DNA from: Hydrolagus colliei
Taxonomy: Eukaryota
NCBI GenBank assembly: GCA_035084275.1
Contig: CM068750.1
Location: forward strand, 12,586,001-12,650,000
DNA length: 64,000 nucleotides
Direction of reading: 5' to 3'
This document shows, in pieces, positions 1 to 13,429 of this stretch; the first letter of the stretch is position 1, and every line of letters begins with the position of its first letter. The position numbers were made by a program, and so were the translations under genes. A model generated the notes under the pieces. The model was not told where the DNA came from, did no database searches, and saw only the letters and a list, made by a program, of their open reading frames with translations.

Positions 1-3000
1 TACTACTCTGGAATCAAACTTCACATAAAATCACGGTGTTTATACATTTCAATTTAAAGAATCAAATATTGCATTCTCTTTAATTGAATAATTATTTTTG
101 TCACATTATGTGTGTGTTCTCTGCAGACCGTCTTAAGTTACAAACTTAAGATTTGCTTTCAGTAAAACTAAATCATCTCAGGTACGAAGGTAAGTAAACT
201 CAAACGTATTGTTTCGCGTTGCTTAATACTTTCCACAGAACGATGTGCTTAGTCCTCTATTTCAATTCCCTTGTGCACCAGACAAACACAACATCAAATT
301 AAACATTGTCACCGCAGCAATTCTGAGCTGACTGCCTATGATCGATGGAAACAGCTTTTGATAAAGTGTCTGCCGTCGTATTTCCTCAATTTGCTCAAGA
401 TAAAGGCTGTTCTGCTGTGCATCAGGCTTCAGAGAGGGGAAGTGTGGGCAGGTTTGAAGAGACCATCTCAAAGAGCCCCCTTTACCCCTTTATGCCTTTA
501 TTATCAGGGTTTATTTTCTATACTTGTCCTACCAGAAGTTGAATTATAATCTCTTTTGTTTTTTTTGATCCTTGTAACTTACATGTACTATATTGTGTGT
601 CAATATTTTTTTATGTGCCTGTATTTTACTCGAGATTCTCTTGTGTTTTGTTAGTGTCTCGCAGATTAGATAGTTTTTTTTCTTTTAGGAAACAACTTTA
701 TGGGATATAGTACGTAAGTAGCTCGGGATATATGTGCATGCGACCGCCAGGAAGGCGAACCAGATGGAGCTTCGTGGGTATTTTTCGCCTAACATTTCTT
801 ATGGTCTTCTATTCTTATGTTGTCTCTGTGTCTCTCTCCCTCCCACCAAATGTGCGGGGCCGCATATGAGGCGATAGAGCATGGGTAACATTGGTAGTGG
901 GGATGGGGATGGGGGGGGGGGGGGTTGGTGCGGGGGAGCCCGTTTGCACAGGGTAAGTCTCCAGTGGAAAAGGATAATGTTTGCCAGAGCCAAACGTGCT
1001 TAACTTGTTTCCATTGAGGTGCTGAGTGTGGTCTTAAATAACAAAGGTCAAATATACCCTGGTCCATTAAAGTGAATGGCAACACAAACGAGATGAATCC
1101 TGCAATTGTTTCCGTAAGCGGCCTTTAAATCATTTCGAATCTGTTTGGATTTTCTTTTTTAAAAAATTAATTAATTAATTAATAATAAAAAGTTTTTGTA
1201 AACATGAAATAATCTCAGCATTCTAAGGGGGGGGAGAAATGGAAACAGACCTTGTAAAAATAAATACCACACAATGCATTTTTTAAAGAACATTTTTCAA
1301 ATTGTTTCTCATTATCTACTTGCCCAAAACATGCATCAGGTCCCAGGATTTTATAATCCTGTTTTTGAGACTCTGTACAATGATTTACATTGCTTGTCCA
1401 CTATCATTGTTTATTTTTTCCATTATAATCTGACATTGAAATCCATGTAAGTTCCTGCAGAATGAAAATTGTTATTCACCCATAACAAATGCAATCAATG
1501 GTCAGACGAATTCAATGTAATTACTGCATATTCCTGAATTCGAAAGTTTTGATTTAAATATTCGGAAATGGGAGAAATAAATATTTATAGTCTTCTCAGT
1601 GAAGCACAAACGTTCACAGAATGTAATTTATTCGACATTCTTCTAAATCGTTTTTTGCAAAAAAAAAGAGATGTCAATGAGGAAATGTACAGAACCAGAG
1701 GTTGGTTGTTCATTGTGCTTGATAAGATATAAACGCGGTATACAATACTCTCACAAATATTGCAACGTCGATTTTAAAGCAAGATTCCGAAATGTCTTCA
1801 TGCCTTTTAATTGTAGGGCATGATGTAATGTGCCTGTGCAGATTTACTTTCAATTGAAGAAAATAATATTGCATGTTTTATGGCGTGGATAAATGTTTAG
1901 TGAATGTTTGAGGGAAGCGAAAAAATAAAACAAACATTCCAAGTCAATACCAGAGTCCAAACTAACAATGCACTAAATGTATCAGATGCAAACATTAATA
2001 TGTTTAAAATGTATCGACAAATCTGGCAATGATTGCGATCCCAGAGTTTTTAAAGTGTAATAGACATCTTAATCCTCCTGATGTAGGTGTTTCTTTGTTT
2101 TTTTTAAAAAAACGCAGATCTTTTACTGTGTCTCCCTTTGTTGAAATCCAATCTCCGTCTTCCATGGGAATCCAGAAAAGCAGCACACAGATAAAGCCTA
2201 TACTTTGCGGGAGGGTGTAAACAGGGTCCTTACAACGTTATTCTGACACAATGTGGTACTGGTAAAATGAACAAACTAGCGATTTGCGTTAAATATTGCG
2301 AAGCATATCCTTTAATACAGATATTTCAACTTGCAACTTGCAAGTGTGTGTAAGAAAAACATTCACACGGAGAATCGGTAGATTCTGACTTCATGGAACG
2401 CCAGATTTTCTATCAATTGGGTTCATAATCATTTCATTAAAAGTTACCTGTATTTACAGAAAATCCACACATATTCATAGTTAATTTTATATAGATACGC
2501 CATGTCTCAGAGAAAAGTGCACTAACAATGTTTTGGTAAATTATTTTACTAGAAATCTATACTAATCTATAAAAACGGTTGATGGCATCCAAATATTAGC
2601 TTTACATGTGGACCTCGTCACATAAAAGTCCATGTGAGATGTTATCAACTGTAGTTTCTTCGTATCTATGGTGTTGTTTTTGTTTCCAAAGTCGCACTAT
2701 TGATATTTTTCCCCCATGAACACATGTCGTGTTTCGTAAATACCCACACGTGGAAAATACCTGAATTACTGAGAGATTTGGGGGAAATTACACTACCTAC
2801 AGACACAGCGGTCCTAAGATGATTGAAGTGCGAATCTTCAGATTAAATGCTCTCTCCGTGTTCATTTACTGCTGCTATCCAGAAACAAGGTTACAGCAAA
2901 CGTGATGCTACATCGGATAAACTTAAACATACACAGGTATTATTGACCACCTTTATTTAAAATATAAATTCTGAGAATATAATCAATAAGAAAGTGTGGG

Positions 3001-6000
3001 TACCGTGTTATTTAGATCATTGGTGTGTTTGGTATAACAAGTAATTGGTGAAGTTATGGATTGAGTCGTGGTATCCAAGTTTACATCAGATTTGCTCCGG
3101 TTTTGTTCGAAATCTTGATAGTTAATAGAATTCTCCATAGAGCTACAGCATTGACGATGCTCGTTATAGTCCTTGATATATATATTTAATGATCTCCTTA
3201 ATTTAGTACAAATTGTTCAAATGTTGCAGTCCCGCATGTCTCGGGGTTTTAGCATGAACAAAGCAGTGAAAATTCGGAAACATTTAAACGCCTGATTTAT
3301 TTTGCGGTATTTTGAATTTTGCGATTATTCATTGGAATACTATTCAATCTCAACTCAACTCACACGTAGAATGACTGAGATATACTACTTAGACTACTGT
3401 AAAAAGTGCATGACCCCCCCCCCCCCCCCCCCCCCCCTCCTTCGCTTTTGTATCGGACTGTTTGTTCTTTGCGAATGAAATACCAAGAACGAAACGACCT
3501 TAAAGGGCTGCCAGACCAGACCATGGCTATTGCCAGTACAGTATTCTGATATCTTACCTGCAAAGACGCGTCATGTTTTAGATCAGATCCAAGTTTCTGT
3601 CTGACATGGCGTGAACAGAAACAAAACACAGGGAATTCACGGTTGAATGCAAACTGCATTCCATTGTATTGCATTGCAAAGGTGGATGTACAAAAGATGA
3701 AATCTCAATGGTTACCTATCACTTCGTATTTTTTTTAAACAGACCTTGATACCATTATCAAGGTCGATTGGGGTGTTTCCCAAGTTCAGGATCACTATAC
3801 AGTCTTTGCAGGAGGGCTTGAGGCTGGCTGATCTGTTTGGAAACCATTAATGTGAGATCACACTAAAACGTTAAAACATTCCCACCTGAAGACTGCAATT
3901 TTTTTTGTTACATCTAAAAACTGTAGCGTTGACACAATCGTGCTCGTGTTTGAACTAATGTGCAGATGTTCATTTCGGAAAGATCTAAATATTTTGTGGA
4001 TTTCAGCTAATTTTATTAACGCCGTTCCCCCGGGAGCCTGGTTTTAACTCTTTCATTGTTCTACCATTCTATCACTGTTTCTGAAGTGACAAAACTTAGA
4101 CTTTGTATTGATTCAGAGATCATGATCAGTAAGGTCAGTGACTACCTGGGTTCTTCAGATATTACCTTTTAATATTGGTATTGCTTATTTCAATTAATTA
4201 ATCTTTTGTGCTGTGACAGCTCCCTGTGTCGTTTTGGGAAAACCTTAAATGTGAAGAAAAAAAATCTCCCTTCCCCCCAAACAAAAGGACCACTGAACAC
4301 TGAAAAGTTGAAAACACAAAACGTTGAACACATCTTGTGCAGCCGTTGCTTATCTGGTGAATAGGAAATTTGACGGTGATGTAACAAAATCTCAATGGGT
4401 CTCAGCCCCCCCCCCCCCCCCCCCCCACCCCCACCCCATTTATTATATGAAAACATAGAAAAATGCAATATCATTAACAAGTTTAAAATCTCAGCTCCAG
4501 TGTCATGGTGTCTATTTACTGAAGGTCTGTGTGAATATGCATTCACACAGACCTTTTATTGGTCTGAACGGTTACTATTTCTCCTCACGAAAGTTTGTCA
4601 ACCACTAACGCACGGGTTTGTAAGATTACACTGAACACTTCTAGTTTCTCTTGTGTCTCTTTGTTTTTCTTACAAAGTGTAAATGAGTGTGATTGCCATT
4701 CAATCTAATAAGTAAATTTCAATCTTTCTACGTTCACTGATTTCTAATACTTTTTTTTAAAAATTAGAAACCTGCTGAATTTATGATGAAATTAAACATT
4801 GAGTAGCTGACTGCTTTATGCAATTAATTTGATTTATATCATACTCACATCTGTGGAATCCCAGATTTCGTCAGAAATCCATCTTAAAAGGCAATATATA
4901 TATACAGTGCATATATATGTATATATAAAACCTGGAAAATAGAATTTATGGCGCATCTGCTAAAAACCATGAAAGTGTATCAAACTGGATCTTTACATGT
5001 GTCTTATTTAAAGAATTTAGACACACTTTGTACGCTGGAATGTGCTTATATATTGTCCATAAATCTATATTGTTAATTAACGAAGGCGTGCATACCTAAC
5101 TATGTAAACAAAAATGTGTAAAATTATAAAACTTTTCACATCCACATTAATGGTTAAAAAAAAGGAAAAAGAAACAACAAATTCTACGTAGAAATAAAAT
5201 CATACCTACTAATGTTTCGAAAATTTATACTGAATAATTTAATACCGAATAAATTAAATGGTGAGTCCAGATTACATAATACAAGAATGAAAAACCATCA
5301 GGAAACTAAATTCTGCACGTTCGTTATATCCTCCGATTCGAAGTAGAGTAAAAGAAAAAATATATATAAAACAGTTTGCTTCATTAAATATATTTCCATG
5401 GTTACAATAACCATATAAAGAAAAAAAGCGCGATGAGCAAAAAAAAACACGTTAACGAGAAGACCAATTAATTCGATGAATATAAACAAATAAACACGAT
5501 TTGTTTTCATAATTATGTGTCCGGATGAGTAATGAGTCCCTCTATGTAGTTAGATTTAACAATATATATATATATATATAATTATTTGAGTTTCCTGGTG
5601 CTAAATTGAAACACCGTACCTTGTCTGTCAATGTGCAGAAAATGTGGTTTAGTGAATGAACCGATCAATGTGCCGATTGGCAAATCAATCTATTTAATAA
5701 ATATGGATTCTAATAATATAACTTAATATATAATTGTTTCGTGAAACACAGTATTTCGAGTAAATACCTGTAATAGATAACTCTAGTGTCGGAATGATCC
5801 ATAGTACTGTATCGCTCTATTCCTTCATATCTTATATATAGACGGTGTATGGGGTGGGGACAGAAAAGTGAACTTTTGGGTTCTGTTAAATCACCTTGAA
5901 TTACTCGTGGTCTCCCATGTGTAACGAGTGCACGCCGATAGACTACAGGCATTACGATTCAAGCTTTAACTTTTTCTTGTGCTATTTGCGTAATCTGCAT

Positions 6001-7954
6001 GTTTTACATTCTGATTTTAGCATCTTGTGAAATTTGCAATGATGTAGCACTTTATGATACTGCCACCGCAAAATGTTTTGAATTTAAAACATCCACTCGC
6101 TGAAAATCTCCGAATTTTATCTCAGCAGAGTTTATTGATCCTACTTCTCGTAGATGCGTAAAAACTGGACGCAAACTGGCAATGGTGAGTGGGGAACATT
6201 AAAACGTCTAAAAAATATTTTTTCTGCAAACAGCTTACAATTTCACAGCCTGCCCCGAGAAACACACACACACACACACACATTCATCACTCTTACAACA
6301 GACAACTGTGTAAAGATGTTGCTTGTATCTATGAGTGCAATTATTTAAAACCTATTTAATATATAGTATTGCAGAGGTTGTAAATCTATTTAATATAATG
6401 ATTCACTGCTCTACTTCAATATTCATGTGCGTATGTAATGAAACATTACAATTATTTTTCGATGAATGGCGTCGTTCTCTATTAATATAAATAATATTAT
6501 CCCTCCAGCAATTTCTAATCCAAAAACAACTGCAGCGATGACTTCCATCCAATTGGACCTTTCAATTGAAGGAAACCATGGCGGGATGTGGCGCCACCTC
6601 CTGATTATTGTTGGCAGGTAGGAAATAAACGCAACAGAGTCTGTCTCTCATCGTTAAATGCCCTGAACAGTTTTTATCCTCGCAAAGTACATTTTACGAA
6701 AAGTCTGTCAATTTTAATAATCATCTCAGAGCTTCCTGTAGATCTGAACATGCATAACAACAACACTGATAAGATGAGTTAAAACGTCATCAGAGTAAAT
6801 ATTTAATAATTATTCTTATACTCCTTGGCAGAGAATAACAATGCAACTCACGTTTTTAATCTTGTTTTTCTCTTTTTTTAAAAAAAGTTAACGAATGGAA
6901 AGAAGTCAAAATACTTTTAGATAAAAGCGAGTGAACTAATTTACTCTCAAGATTTTTTCTGTTTAAAACTCTACTTTATTAGCTGCCATCTTCCATTTAT
7001 TTAATTTAAAAAAATTATAATGCCACGAATTTAACTGTTTTAGTTCGATGCAAATCGATCTTGAATTTTCCTTGAGCGATATTTGCATTAACAAGTATCT
7101 AAATTGCGGTTCAAAATTGTATTTCAATCCTTGCATGGTGATTCAAATTAAAGCCTGAGTTTACCCAACTTCCAAGTTGTATTTTTTTTTTAAAAAAGCA
7201 AAACACTTGATTGGTATCGAGTAAATCAGCGACAACACTACAGATATTTTAAATAGTGCGAATGATATGAAGCTTCCGTTTGCAAGACTGGCTTACCTTG
7301 ACGATTTCTGGGTTGGCTAACCTGTGTGAATCAACTTTCACCTAGAAATAAAACATGTGAGATGTCCAGTCATATCATTTGATAGCATATAACACATTTA
7401 TTTTGCGTTGCGCACATGAGGCAAATTGCGTTCAGATTTTACGATTTCCAATTGTGATTTCCAAGCTTAAATTGTGCTGTTTAATTGCAAGTTACTAAAA
7501 TGCGGGTAGGAAATATCGTTATTAAAAATGTTGTTACGCCCCTTAAATTAAACGATATACAGACAGACAGTGAGCATCGCGGGCAGTGAAACTTTGCAGG
7601 TAAAATATTACAGCAACATACGTTAGGAACTGTACATTGGAAGTATCTATAACCTAGTTTTTGTTGAATTATTTAATAAAGAGTTGTGACAACAATTTAA
7701 ACTGACCCAAAACAAAAAGAGCACGGTTCTTAATTCTCTCAGGAAAATTTAATGAAATAGTATATTCTACATTTTCTATGTTGATATTAGGTGGCTGCTA
7801 CAACTGAAATAATAAACAGTCTGACATGAAGATGCGTACACAAAGCAGCTCGACGTTGCAAATTGTTCTCTCCCATATATTTTAAACGCCATCTAATGCA
7901 ATTGTACGGCCTATAACAACAACAACAACAACAACTTCGATTTATATAGTATTT

Positions 7955-8063
7955 TCGCCCACTAAATATGCAGTCACTTCATTTTACCGTGTATTCCGTG
8001 AAGCGCTTTGGGTCCTCTGAATGATGTGATGTGGCGCTGTATCAAATACAAGACATTATTATT
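7955..8063 (+). mobile_element. Degraded SINE tail fragment
   Basis: gtgaagcgctttggg...gcgctgtatcaaatacaagacattattatt. Confidence 0.55.
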
Positions 8064-9444
8064 ACAAAGGAAATCCTGGTGCCCAAGGGGGTATGTGTAC
8101 ACACACGCTCACATTACATCTGAAGGGGTTATGCGCGTCACTTGCGTGTTCATTCATAAACCAAAACTCTTTGCTATATTTTGCCACATTTCCTGATTAC
8201 TATTTCAAAATGATGAATAGTTCAATTTTTTTTTAAAAGTTGAGAAATTAGAGCAAGAAAAAAAAACTCCCCAGTGCCTAAAGTGTTTCCAAATCGACAG
8301 TAAAAACAGCCAAACATTTATTTTCCATTGTGACACATTCTGAACAGGGTTTACGTCCTTCCCCATCTGAGCCTTTTTCGTCACCTGTAAACGGTTATGT
8401 TGTTCCCATTAACAGCATTATGTCAGTTGCAAATCGCGTTGTCATTTCGCTGCAGTCTGCAGCCACAGTTATCCAATGTTTGGCGATTGATGTTTTTAGT
8501 TAAATGATTAACTGCAGTTGTGACTGATTATACCCTCAACACGATTTGTAGCTAGATTACCGTGCAATGCAATGCGAAAACGATCATCCCCAAACCTTAA
8601 TTACTGTCGGTTTCTATTAAGGGCGCAGGCTTTAAAATAATTGCATTTGTTAGGTCTCACCCACCCTTTCATATCGTTCTTGCAGTAGTCAGTCAGTGAT
8701 GCTCCTGCGAGGTCGATATGTTTATTTCCCCTGTTTGGTTCTCGGGTAATTTGTGTTTTGATGTAGTCTCACAATCATCCTACCCTTCCAGGCATTCTCT
8801 CTCTCTCCAGCCCCAAATATTGTGTAACGCCGACAAACTTTTATCACTTCAACTTCAATGTTTTTCCATGTAACGGTGTAACACTGAATGATTTACAATG
8901 CATATTGTTTATGTTATGGAGGGCGTATCCTGTTTATTACTTTCATAATTCAGATCCCAGAATTCAGATGTGCCATACACTTCAAAGATTATTTAATAGC
9001 GTGTGTTTATAGTAATGTCGCAATGGATACATTTTTTTTTCCTTCTAATTGTTTTAAATGGAATGTTTGCTTTTGAAAGCGGTGATTGTATTTTTTCGAT
9101 GGTCCTATTTTGAACGGAGTGCTTGACTTTTGCACGAACGAAACAATATAATGATGGGAGTCTCATGTGGACAGCAAGCATTCCCACTGCTCGGGTGACT
9201 CGGGCGACTAGAATTTGCAATCCGCTTTCTCTAAAACGGTTCATATTTCCTAATAAAGAATAACGTAAGCATTTTGAAATGGGGGCCCTTCAAATGATAA
9301 TATTATTTTCAGAACTGTAGAGAGAAACAGCTCATCCACACCAACGACATTCCCAGCAGCAGCAAAGATGGGATGAATGATACAGTATTTGTTTTGGGTA
9401 AATCGGTGTGACTGATGAATAGCTACACATGCCGTGTTCACAAA

Positions 9445-9665
9445 CAATGCCATGCAATGCCTTAAGATTCACTTGAATCTCACCAAATGGGGCAGACATG
9501 ACTTCGGTTTAACCACTTATCCGAAGGACGGCACTTGCAGCAAAGCAGCTCTCACTGGACTGCACTGGAAAGTAGGTTGAACCATATTACACTGTGATAG
9601 ATTGGGCTGAAGTCTCGGTGGTGGCTTGGAATCCACAACTATGAATCCGGGGGCGGGGGAGAAAG
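9445..9665 (-). mobile_element. Old DeuSINE (SacSINE1/AmnSINE1-like) remnant
   Basis: ggggcagac...cggtttaac...atccgaaggacggcac...gcagc...actgcactgg resembles the reverse-complemented Deu-domain core as I recall it, followed by a head remnant (gaatccacaac). Confidence 0.6.
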
Positions 9666-10322
9666 CCCTGTATCTGTGGTAGGTAGAGAGAGACACGATG
9701 TATATCAAAGGGATGGATTATTAAATGGTACTAAAGTCACCTGTGCAAACGTTGCACACGGCGATCGGAGGGCTGGCTCTATCATTTCGCACAGATGTAA
9801 TAACTGCGTGGGTTTGCTTCTGCGATGCAACATGCAGATAGAAAGTTCTAGGTTTGCTCACCAGTGCGGTAGATTGGGATTGGGGGGGATATAATAAAAA
9901 GGCCTTTCCCCAGCTCTCAGAGCACCACGCGACAGACCCGGAGCAAATGAGAAGCAGCTGGAGCGGCTCGTGTCTGAACCTGAGGCCGCCTGAGCGCCTC
10001 CCGTGTCCCCGGCTAGTCTGCTGTGCCCGGGGCCCTGGGTAAGTGACTCCCTTACACACTGTCCTGTATATACCGCCTGTGCATCTCACAACTGTCTTGA
10101 TATCTGTGTGCCAAGTGTCTTTTTCTCTTCTTCCCACCCACCCCTCTCCCAAGACCACCTGAATTTTTTTTTAATCTATCTATCGGTTTGGTTGATGTCT
10201 CGGCTTTGTTGTTGTAAGTCACTTCACACGCAACTTTTTTTTTCTTGCTTCCTACTAGCGTAAACATAACGTTATGTACTTAGCATGTTTGTGCATATGA
10301 AAGGCAGCTGTGTAAATTCAAT

Positions 10323-10570
10323 CAGCTGAAGAAATATGGAGCATCGAGGTATATACTAACTGAGGCACAATAGAACAATGTTAAACACCAGGGGCAACTG
10401 TTAATTGAGGCATAATAAAGATATGTTAACCAGGGGCAAATGTAACTGAAGCATATTGAAGAGATGGCAAATACCAGAGGTAAATTCTAGCTGTTGCAGA
10501 TTAGGAGGGTGTTGTCAAACGCCACTGGCAAATCTAACCAAGGCATGTCAAGAGGATGATAAACAATGCC
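10323..10570. repeat. Degenerate ~45-bp tandem repeat (5-6 units)
   Basis: Units start at 10357, 10402, 10443, 10488 and 10535; approximate consensus TAACTGAGGCAtAtTa.Ag.ATGTtAAAcACCAGgGGCAAAT. Confidence 0.7.
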
Positions 10571-11384
10571 ATGTGAGTTCAGTTGACTGACGATTTGGTA
10601 TTTTAATTGAGAATTTTATTAGTGGCAATATTGTCAATTGGATCAGATTGTTAATTTAAGGTAGAACATGATTAAACTGGCTGCTTCACAATAGGAATGG
10701 AATATGAGGCAAAAGTCATGTCATTCTTCCATCTTTACTGTTTTGGTACCGGTGGTTAGTTTTCATGTATTCCTAGGTGGAACTCTGTCTTCTTTGGGTG
10801 TTCTTAAGCATATTATGGGTTCTTGTATGTCTCAGAACCTTTCATAGCCCCCCACACCCCCCAAAAAAGCCTTAAGTGAGAATCAAAGATTTAAGAATGC
10901 CTCGCAGAAGTGTTGTAAGCAAAATATAATTTATCTGTTAAAAGTGGGTTTCCATTCTTCAAAGTGCTCCATGCAATTCTGTATAATTATGTATCTAATT
11001 CTAATAATGAATAAATGTACAGATACTTAGAATATTTGTAATTTGCTTGTAAGATACCACTGCATTGAATACTGTTACTTTCACATTGGTGCAGAATGCT
11101 ACTGCAAGCTTGTTAACATTCATGGATTATTTCACGTGTAACCTGCCCAATAGTAAACTGATATTGCCAATAAAGACATATTTGCCTAATATTCTCTCCT
11201 TTTCTACCCCCTAAATACACTCAGTGGTCACTATTATTTTGACTGGAATATGGGTCACATGAGCCTGCCACACCTTGGAGGATCTGTGTATGTGGGCATT
11301 ATTTATTAGTATTTAGTATTGTGAAGCAATTGATCACAGGGGACATCATTGGGTGTTAGAACTGCACTTATGGTCACCTCCCCT

Positions 11385-11476
11385 TTCTCCCAGCTCAGTC
11401 TTGGGCTCTGCCATTTTGAAGCGCTCTGAGATGCTGCCCGGCGTGGAGGGTGCTGTATAAATGCAAGTTGTTGTTG
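11385..11476 (+). mobile_element. L2-type 3' tail remnant
   Basis: aagcgctctgagatg...ggtgctgtataaatgcaagttgttgttg. Confidence 0.6.
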
Positions 11477-13429
11477 GAAACTAGCCAATTTCCACCCCTC
11501 TCCTTGCTTTCTAGACTGAGCAACCCTCCCTACTTAACCTTTAGCCATTAGAGGTGTTAAAGTGTGTATTTTGAACAAATTCAAACAGAGATTCGTTCGT
11601 TAAGTATAATTGAGTTATTAAGTTGCTTTAAATTATTCTAGCCAATACTGAAAACTATAGGATCTAATTTTCTGACTGCGTTTCACATCTGGAACTTTTT
11701 TTATCTACATTATGTGGCTCAGTTTCAATCTAGGAAGGGACTTTTTACCAAATGAGCTGCGGGGGGAGCTGTGGTTCTGTATTTTCTCATGGCTCCCTTT
11801 TTTTTCTTGAAAACCTGTTCATCTCTGCCCATTAGTCACGAAAGACCTGGACTTGACACTCTTTAAATAGAGTTAAAACTTACAACATATCAATGCGATT
11901 TTTATGGTTCACAAAGGATACCTAATGTGCCATGCACATTATTCTAGTTATACAAGGTTAGTAATCAACTAGAGACAATTGACAAGTGTTTTGTTCACTT
12001 TGTTGACAACCAATGCATTATCTATCATTTCCATAATTACTCCCCTTTTTTTCTGTACTTCTGTTAAAGTCCCCTTCATTGAGTGCACATGTTTAAAATA
12101 TCATTTTTCAATATGCACTATAAAAAAAATTTGATTAAAATCTACATGCCATCATAGGCCCATCTGCTGAGTTAATGGTTTAGTTCTTCTTGAATATTAT
12201 TCATGCTTGCCAGCTATATTCATCACCTGGATATGAAGCTTGCAAGAAGTCATAAATGATTTGTAAATCTTCACAGGCCAGCAAAAGATGAACATGACTG
12301 TATAGTATTGAACTTTCTGAGCGAAAGACCATACTCATTCTGAATAATGATAGTAGTCTTTGGAAATAATAAATGCACAGTGAACATAATATTTTATTCT
12401 ATTTGTGCAGGAACCTTTTCCAATGTTTGAAACAAGCACAATCAGCTAGCAATTATTGCATCAAAAGGGTCATACACCCATCCAAGCCAACATGTGTAGG
12501 TTTCTCTTTATTTCCTTTGAGTGTTGTTCACTTTTGTTTGAGATGAAACATTCAGCTGACTAATGACTTTCAGGCCACATGGATAATATTAACACACATT
12601 CTGCGCTTGTATCTTGTTTACTGTAAAGAAAGGATGTTAGAAGTTTAGACCAATGTGGTACTAATTTTATCAGCTTCCATTTTAGACACATTTCGCTAAT
12701 GTTTATTTAAATGCATCTTGCTTGCAGATGCATGGAATTTGTTTTCATTTGAAATGTTTTGTTTCATTCTTTTGAATTTCTTTCGCCAGATCTCTTACAG
12801 CAGGGAATGTATTTAAGGCCAAAACTATTACATAGGATAGAAATATCTGTGACAGCAGTGCCCTTTCCTCTTCCAGTTATATGTGCCAAATTGTGAAATT
12901 GCACTCGTTATAAACAATAGAAAACTGAACAGAATTCTAAACAGTAAAAGGAAAATCAGAAGTTACTTAAACTATTACTTGCTTTCCGTATGTAACGAAA
13001 AAAAGTTCATTATTACAGAGATTTCTAAAGATAGTACGTTATTACTTAAACACCGGGGGTGAACAAAATGAGAGAAAGCAGTATTGTGTTTCTGTGTGCA
13101 AATCTGGTTGCTATTAAGATAAAACACTTCAGCAGAATGATACAGAAAGACACATAAAATTGTTCACTTTTGCATGAGAATAGGAGATTATACATTGAAT
13201 GGGGAAAGTACTATGGATGAATATATCCATGTGTTTGCTAGATAGTCATTTTACATTCCCCACTTTCTTTGAACATGAAGGTGTCCCAATCCTTTCTTCT
13301 CTGACATCTCGCATTGATTGAGAATAAAATGGTTGAACCAGTTTAATGAATTGAATGGCTTATAGATAGAAATCCTGTACCTATCCTGGTAAAAGCAGTT
13401 TCAACCTGGAGTGATGCCCATAAAAATAA

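Noticed and set aside
300-1085. Possible L1/Tx1 relics (also 15000-15600)
   Set aside because: Only vague peptide resemblance (WKQLLIKCLP; ILYLAKV); not enough without a profile search.
1-9000. PAX9 exons expected by synteny
   Set aside because: No paired-box translation in the ORF track or by eye; the gene presumably lies outside the window.
10323-10570. CRISPR-like array
   Set aside because: Vertebrate context, units homologous along their whole length, no conserved repeat with unique spacers, no cas genes.
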